DNA of 43,532 nt, taken from the NCBI RefSeq assembly GCF_001194135.2, contig NC_069000.1, positions 1,921,297-1,964,828 on the forward strand, read 5' to 3'. Every line of letters begins with the position of its first letter. The stretch's first letter is position 1. This DNA is from Octopus bimaculoides (taxonomy: Eukaryota). Both the position numbers and the translations under genes were made by a program. The notes under the pieces are model-generated. The model searched no databases. It was not told the origin of the DNA and worked only from the letters and a program-made list of their open reading frames with translations. Positions 37,784-43,532 of the stretch are shown piece by piece.

Positions 37784-37797
37784 GTGCTGAAAGCGGC
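37784..37797 (+). other. Candidate 14-nt microexon GTGCTGAAAGCGGC
   Basis: Long polypyrimidine acceptor tgtttttcctctccatctcacag and consensus donor gtaagt at 37798-37803. Two frames are open (VLKA+GC or GT+AESG). Confidence 0.45.
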
Positions 37798-38342
37798 GTA
37801 AGTCTGTGTATTCTCAGATATGAATGCCTGACGGAATGGTGTTATATGATTTAACTTTGTGATTTAATCACACACATGCGCTTTCACGTTCTCAAAGGCA
37901 CGCAAAAACGCACACACATATATATATGCATATATATATATATATANNNNNNNNNNNNNNNNNNNNNNNNNNNNNNNNNNNNNNNNNNNNNNNNNNNNNN
38001 NNNNNNNNNNNNNNNNNNNNNNNNNNNNNNNNNNNNNNNNNNNNNNNNNNNNNNNNNNNNNNNNNNNNNNNNNNNNNNNNNNNNNNNNNNNNNNNNNNNN
38101 NNNNNNNNNNNNNNNNNNNNNNNNNNNNNNNNNNNNNNNNNNNNNNNNNNNNNNNNNNNNNNNNNNNNNNNNNNNNNNNNNNNNNNNNNNNNNNNNNNNN
38201 NNNNNNNNNNNNNNNNNNNNNNNNNNNNNNNNNNNNNNNNNNNNNNNNNNNNNNNNNNNNNNNNNNNNNNNNNNNNNNNNNNNNNNNNNNNNNNNNNNNN
38301 NNNNNNNNNNNNNNNNNNNNNNNNNNNNNNNNNNNNNNNNNN

Positions 38343-38401
<59 letters not shown>

Positions 38402-39016
38402 CATATACATACACACACATATATATATATACTTATATATACGAATACACACACATATAAAAAATATGGGGGTTTGATTTACAGGTGATCTAAACGATTA
38501 GGTACGCTAGGTAAGTGCTGTAACGGATTATTAGGGCTCCAAGGTTATAGCCGAGATGGTAGTTATGGAACCATTGCAGATTTCCGATGTAGCGGATATA
38601 TTATTCTTAAAGAAGACAGCAAACGTTAAGGCAAGGTAAACATCTCAAGTGGTATTTATATACAAGTATATGTTTGTATTTATACGTGGATATACTTTTA
38701 TAAATATATACATACATACATACACATTTACGAGTGGGTGTATATGTGTATATATTTAAATTTTAGTTAAAGCGACGGAAGCCATCATTGCATTGAAATC
38801 ATTTCTGAAGGTAATAAATAATACTAAATGTTAAATGATATCTAAATGTTAGATTACTTCAAACATCACGAGAACGCTTTGACGACCAGATTTAAATCGA
38901 CTGCAGTTTTAACGTGGGATAAATTAGCTGACAGATTTATCGAAACAATCTCCCCGCATCACACAGAAACACATACACACACGTATGCAATATATATATA
39001 TATANNNNNNNNNNGT

Positions 39017-39125
39017 ACACGTGTCTGTGGAGTGCTCAGCCACTTGCACGTTAATTTCACGTGTAAGCTGTTCCGTTGATCAGTTCAACTGGAACGCTCG
39101 TCGTCGTAACCGACGGAGTGCCACG
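39017..39125 (+). mobile_element. Probable 3' part of another interspersed repeat (single copy in the window)
   Basis: GC-richer segment acacgtgtctgtggagtgctcagccacttgcacg...gtcgtaaccgacggagtgcca, recalled as a common octopus repeat end. It cannot be confirmed by self-alignment. Confidence 0.45.
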
Positions 39126-39130
39126 ATATA

Positions 39131-39525
39131 TAGGGTGTTCAAAAAGTCTCTCCACAGTGAATTTTTCGGTGAACGGATTATTTCGAAGGGACTTTGGCCA
39201 CCAAGATCATCTGATCCACCAGATCATTTTTTTCTGGGGAGCAAGTAAAGGATCAGTGTACAAGAATCGCCTAAAACCATTAATGAGCTAAAAGACGCAA
39301 TCATAACATTCTCCCAGTCCAGACCGCATCAGAATCTCCAAGATATATTTCAAAACATGTGTAGAAGAGTATTGAAAATGAAGGACGATACTGTCAACAC
39401 CTCTTATAAAGTTTTTTAAAGTCTTGTAAAGTCTAATATATTATTTTGTAGTCTTCTTATACCATCTCATAAATATTTATTTTGCAATAAAATACTTACT
39501 GCAGAGAGACTTTTTGAACACCTTG
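39131..39525 (+). mobile_element. Internally deleted Tc1/mariner element (395 bp), rosa/DD41D-like motifs
   Basis: 28-bp TIRs at 39131-39158 and 39498-39525 (24/28 identical), TA on the left and TG on the right. Remnant reads EFFGERIISKGLWPPRSSDPPDHFF / KGSVYKNR / ENEGRYCQHLL* (39374-39409). The subfamily is tentative because the second catalytic D is absent. Confidence 0.9.
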
Positions 39526-40049
39526 TGTGTATATATATATATACATACATATATATATATATNNNNNNNNNNNNNNNNNNNNNNNNNNNNNNNNNNNNNN
39601 NNNNNNNNNNNNNNNNNNNNNNNNNNNNNNNNNNNNNNNNNNNNNNNNNNNNNNNNNNNNNNNNNNNNNNNNNNNNNNNNNNNNNNNNNNNNNNNNNNNN
39701 NNNNNNNNNNNNNNNNNNNNNNNNNNNNNNNNNNNNNNNNNNNNNNNNNNNNNNNNNNNNNNNTATATGTATGTATATATATATATATGTGTATATTTAT
39801 TTTCACCTATCGCAAGGGGTTTTGGAACGTAACGACCGCGATAGTCGAGGAATTAAAATATATAAAAATAAGAAAAAAATACAAGAAGGAAAATGCACAC
39901 AGTTTTCTTCCTTTTATTTTTATATATAAATCTTTCATTTTCATTTTTATTTTTACATATTTATTTTTATATATTTATTTATATAAAATTATTTTTTGCA
40001 TTACAACTCACAACGCGGGGATTAATCAAAATTCACCAGGTCCCCTTTT

Positions 40050-40100
40050 CACGGCGGTGCTCAAGAATGGCCACAGCTCTGAGCTGAAACGACAAAGAAA
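40050..40100 (+). mobile_element. Family B 3' tail fragment
   Basis: cggcggtgctcaagaatggccacagctctgagctgaaac resembles 26440-26485. Confidence 0.55.
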
Positions 40101-41194
40101 AAATATATATATGTTTGTGTGTGTGTGTGTGCGCGCGCACCTGTGTGACTAACCGCTTGTGTATAATTAGATACATACCTGTACGTGAATATATTTGTAT
40201 CTGTATGCGTTTGCTGGCGTATAATACCTGTAAGTAGCTAGAAACCACATACATTTCTAAGAATGGACTGACATGAATGCATATATATATATATATATAT
40301 ATACAAATAGAGTCACACATACACTTAAAAATAAAATCCCTTCTTTTTCTTCTAAGAGTAAGGTGACGACAGAATATTAAAATAGGGGAAAAAATAATAA
40401 TAAATAGAAAGAAATATGAAAAAAAAGGAAAACATAAACATATAAACAATTTCGGAGCAAAAATTCCAATATGAACAAAACTGAGGGAAGAAAAAACAAA
40501 CGAAATACCAAAAAGAAGTAAAAAAGAATCGTATCAAAATATGATATAAAAATATGATATAATTAAGATGATATCAAAACAATAAATTTGATATCATCAA
40601 CGTCAATAAAACATCAGATAAATCACAAACATTAACAATGATTGACGCTGAAGCAAAAAAAAAAAAAAGAAATAGAAAGCAAAAGTAAATAAATGAAATA
40701 AAATGACTTAAAACAGAGGTAATAAAATAAAAAAGCAAAATGGCGGCGTAGAAAAAATGTGAGACGAGAATGATATTTCAATACATTCAATCAAATAACC
40801 AGAAATACATTGATTTATTGTGGGTTTTTGTTCTTGTTGTTCTCCATAATTCCATTCATTATTCATAACATGGCTTTGCAGAATCGTCTGTTGTGTTTTA
40901 ATGGCAACGAAAATGCGCTGAATTTGATGTTGAATCTGATATAGTGATAACTTTATTGAATTTTGCAATCATTATTATTCTTTATGTATGTGTGTGTGTG
41001 TGTGTGTAAGTGTGCGTGTGTGCGAACGTGTGTGTGTGACAATGTGTGTGATAATATCTTTGTAGCTGTCACTTTTTGTTCTTTTTTTCACTGGCACAAA
41101 GGTCATATATTTTACGTGAATATGAAAAGTTCGTGCCATTTTCCAACTTCTTAGCTTCTCCTTCACATAGTTGCACGACCTGTTCGAAACAAGA

Positions 41195-41365
41195 TGCGAA
41201 ATTATCCTCAAATCACACAGTCCCGACAAAAGTCAAAGGAAATGATATAATTAGATAATGCATTGTTAAACAAATTTGCGTCTAAATAAAATATATATAT
41301 ATATGTTAGGATGATCACGGATGGAACGCCTTCGACCATAAACATTCTGGATCATAACTGTTCTC
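41195..41365 (+). mobile_element. Degenerate family C copy
   Basis: aattatcctcaaatcacac ... ggatgatcacggatggaacgccttcgaccat is collinear with 5610-5760. Confidence 0.6.
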
Positions 41366-41945
41366 TGGATATGAACAATAATAAGATCAACACTAGCCCC
41401 CACTTTGGTCCTCTTCACTGAAATCTTATGAAACTGCTTTCTAAATTCAAACAAATTATACAATTCAATTGACATATANNNNNNNNNNTATATAGTTTTA
41501 TATGCATGTATTTACCACAAGTATTTTTATTAGCATGGTGTATTTTTCTCTTTTGTAGGAAGCTTAAGTACTTCACCTGGATTGCTAACCCATTATTAAT
41601 CCTCTTTATTTTGATACACACACAAACAGACAGGCGCCCCCACCCATACACACACTTGTATATGTGTTTCGCGTACACGATCGTCTCATAAATTTCTCTC
41701 AGATGATTGATTATGTGACGCTAGGAATAATAGCTTGGTAAGATGTTCAGTTTCACATAAACAGAATGCTTTACTCTATTTGTGGTATGTGAGTTCTATT
41801 TTCTCAGATTTATTTCGAACTCAAGAGCTCTCACATGTCTAAATGACTCATTACAAGCATCCATATGCATGCACACACACACACACAGATACACAAACAC
41901 ACACACATACACACATATACATATGTATATGTATATGTATATATC

Positions 41946-41974
41946 CAGGGTGGCCCAAAAGTAAGTTTACAGTT
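41946..41974. mobile_element. Possible solo Tc1/mariner-like TIR
   Basis: CAGGGTGGCCCAAAAGTAAGTTTACAG begins with the same CAGGG-type terminus as the elements at 28009 and 39131. No partner TIR was found in the window. Confidence 0.4.
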
Positions 41975-42086
41975 ATCACGTAGACACTTTGAATTTCTTT
42001 TAAAACATTTTATTACATTTAAATTTCTATCTTACAAACTGAAAAAGGAGCTTGACAAAATTAACAAAATTAGCATAGAATATTAG

Positions 42087-42128
<42 letters not shown>

Positions 42129-43185
42129 AAATCCAAAGTTATAAGCATAAAGCATACGCACATACACATTCAAACGAGAGGATATGGTATAGAGAATTTG
42201 TTCACAGAACCACGCAGTGAGTCGGTCCCTGAAAACAGGTGATCATCACACGAACATTTGTTACCTACAGAACTAATCAGAGTTCCCTGTCCAAGGGTAA
42301 CGTAATAATTACTCCTAAAATTTAACTTAGAATGTTGTTCTGCTGTGTAAAATTTATTTACAGTAAAGTAGAATGGAACATTGAATGCTGTATCAGGGCC
42401 GAGTTCACCACTGAAAAGTAGTTCAGTTCTATATCTTATATGTTCTCTGTACTTCTTTATCACTCAATTTATAATGTAGGCTGGACATTAAGCGTGGTAA
42501 AAATATATAATAAACTAAATGAAATAAATACACACCAGAAGCGTTCACTCATATTTATTGATTGCATTAAAGATTCCGAAAGTTGTCACTGTAGTGCGAA
42601 GGCATTTATAAGAGATTCCTGTCACCATTCTCTGAAACTGTCAGTTGTATGGCTGAAGGTAATTCAAATTAATACATCTCAAAACCATGACACGTAATTG
42701 TCAAATATAGTAGAAACAGCCACTCCATTTCTACAGCACATCATTTCAACATTGGTTTATGCTTCGTTATACTACCCATAAGGAATTCAAATCATAATGC
42801 GTGTCTAATTAATCCACTCTATGTGGATTAAGTAAGCCACTTCACTATCATATTTGGCCACTTTACTGTTAAAATAAGCTAATTCCCCGTGCATCTAGTT
42901 GAGCCAGTTCTCAGTGTGTCTAGATTAGCTTCATTTAGATAATTATAACCATGTCGAGATAATTCACTCTATTTTGCGGCCCAATATTCCATTCTACTAT
43001 GTTTCTAGATAATCCACCGCACTTCTAGATAAGCTACAGCACTGTGTTGATGTAATCAGTTCCATTGATGATCTAGAGAAGTCACACCGCTGTGTCTCGA
43101 TAAACCAATTACTCCTACTCCATGAATATCCCTCATATGTTTGGGTCCTCACTCGAGACAGGATCGCTGGGAACTTTGGAACATT

Positions 43186-43272
43186 GATGTAGGCCTCCGT
43201 GTTGAGTGTGAGGCCCTGTGGGAAGATGAATGGAGGCATAACGTCACCATCACTTGTAATCACTCCAAACAT
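43186..43272 (-). mobile_element. Second DD37D/maT transposase fragment
   Basis: MFGVITSDGDVMPPFIFPQGLTLNTEAYI, homologous to VFGTITSDGDVLSPVIFPH at 416-475. Confidence 0.9.
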
Positions 43273-43496
43273 ATATACAAAATGACACGACAAAGGAATA
43301 TAAAACATTATGTTATGAACATCAGTAACTTACAGCTGTTTCTTCTTTGAGATGATGCAGTGGAGCCTCGAATATAAAGTGTAATTTATACGGGAAAAAG
43401 AATTACATTTATTCTTTACTCACGCACGTATGTACGTACGTATGTATATATGTATGTGTCTGTCTGTCTGTCTCACTCTCTCTCTCTTTCTGTGTG

Positions 43497-43532
<36 letters not shown>

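Noticed and set aside
42170-42463. 97-aa non-repetitive minus-strand ORF
   Set aside because: No recognisable domain; an ORF of this length is compatible with chance.

Overview
AT-rich, microsatellite-dense eukaryotic genomic DNA from a gapped short-read assembly, with 12 N-gaps that almost all abut (TA)n, (CA)n or (CAC)n runs. The repeat content points to an octopus genome; this is an inference from recalled repeat families, not a database hit. Nearly every ORF in the supplied track is an artefact of microsatellites or gaps. Supportable content: (1) three interspersed retroposon-like families defined by alignment within the window (A and B carry tRNA-like heads, C has an (AAC)n tail), including two B-head/A-tail chimeras; (2) Tc1/mariner relics: two DD37D/maT-type transposase fragments, a 251-bp fold-back mariner MITE whose loop is exactly the last 22 codons plus stop of a transposase, and two other TA-flanked deletion derivatives; (3) an R4/Dong-clade LINE fragment; (4) two degenerate Penelope-type hammerhead-like motifs; (5) several unproven + strand exon candidates, including a phase-compatible chain at 11967-20273 and a 14-nt microexon with near-consensus splice sites. 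No gene can be named. There are no CRISPR arrays, rRNA or stand-alone tRNA genes, and no new biological system is demonstrable from the sequence alone.
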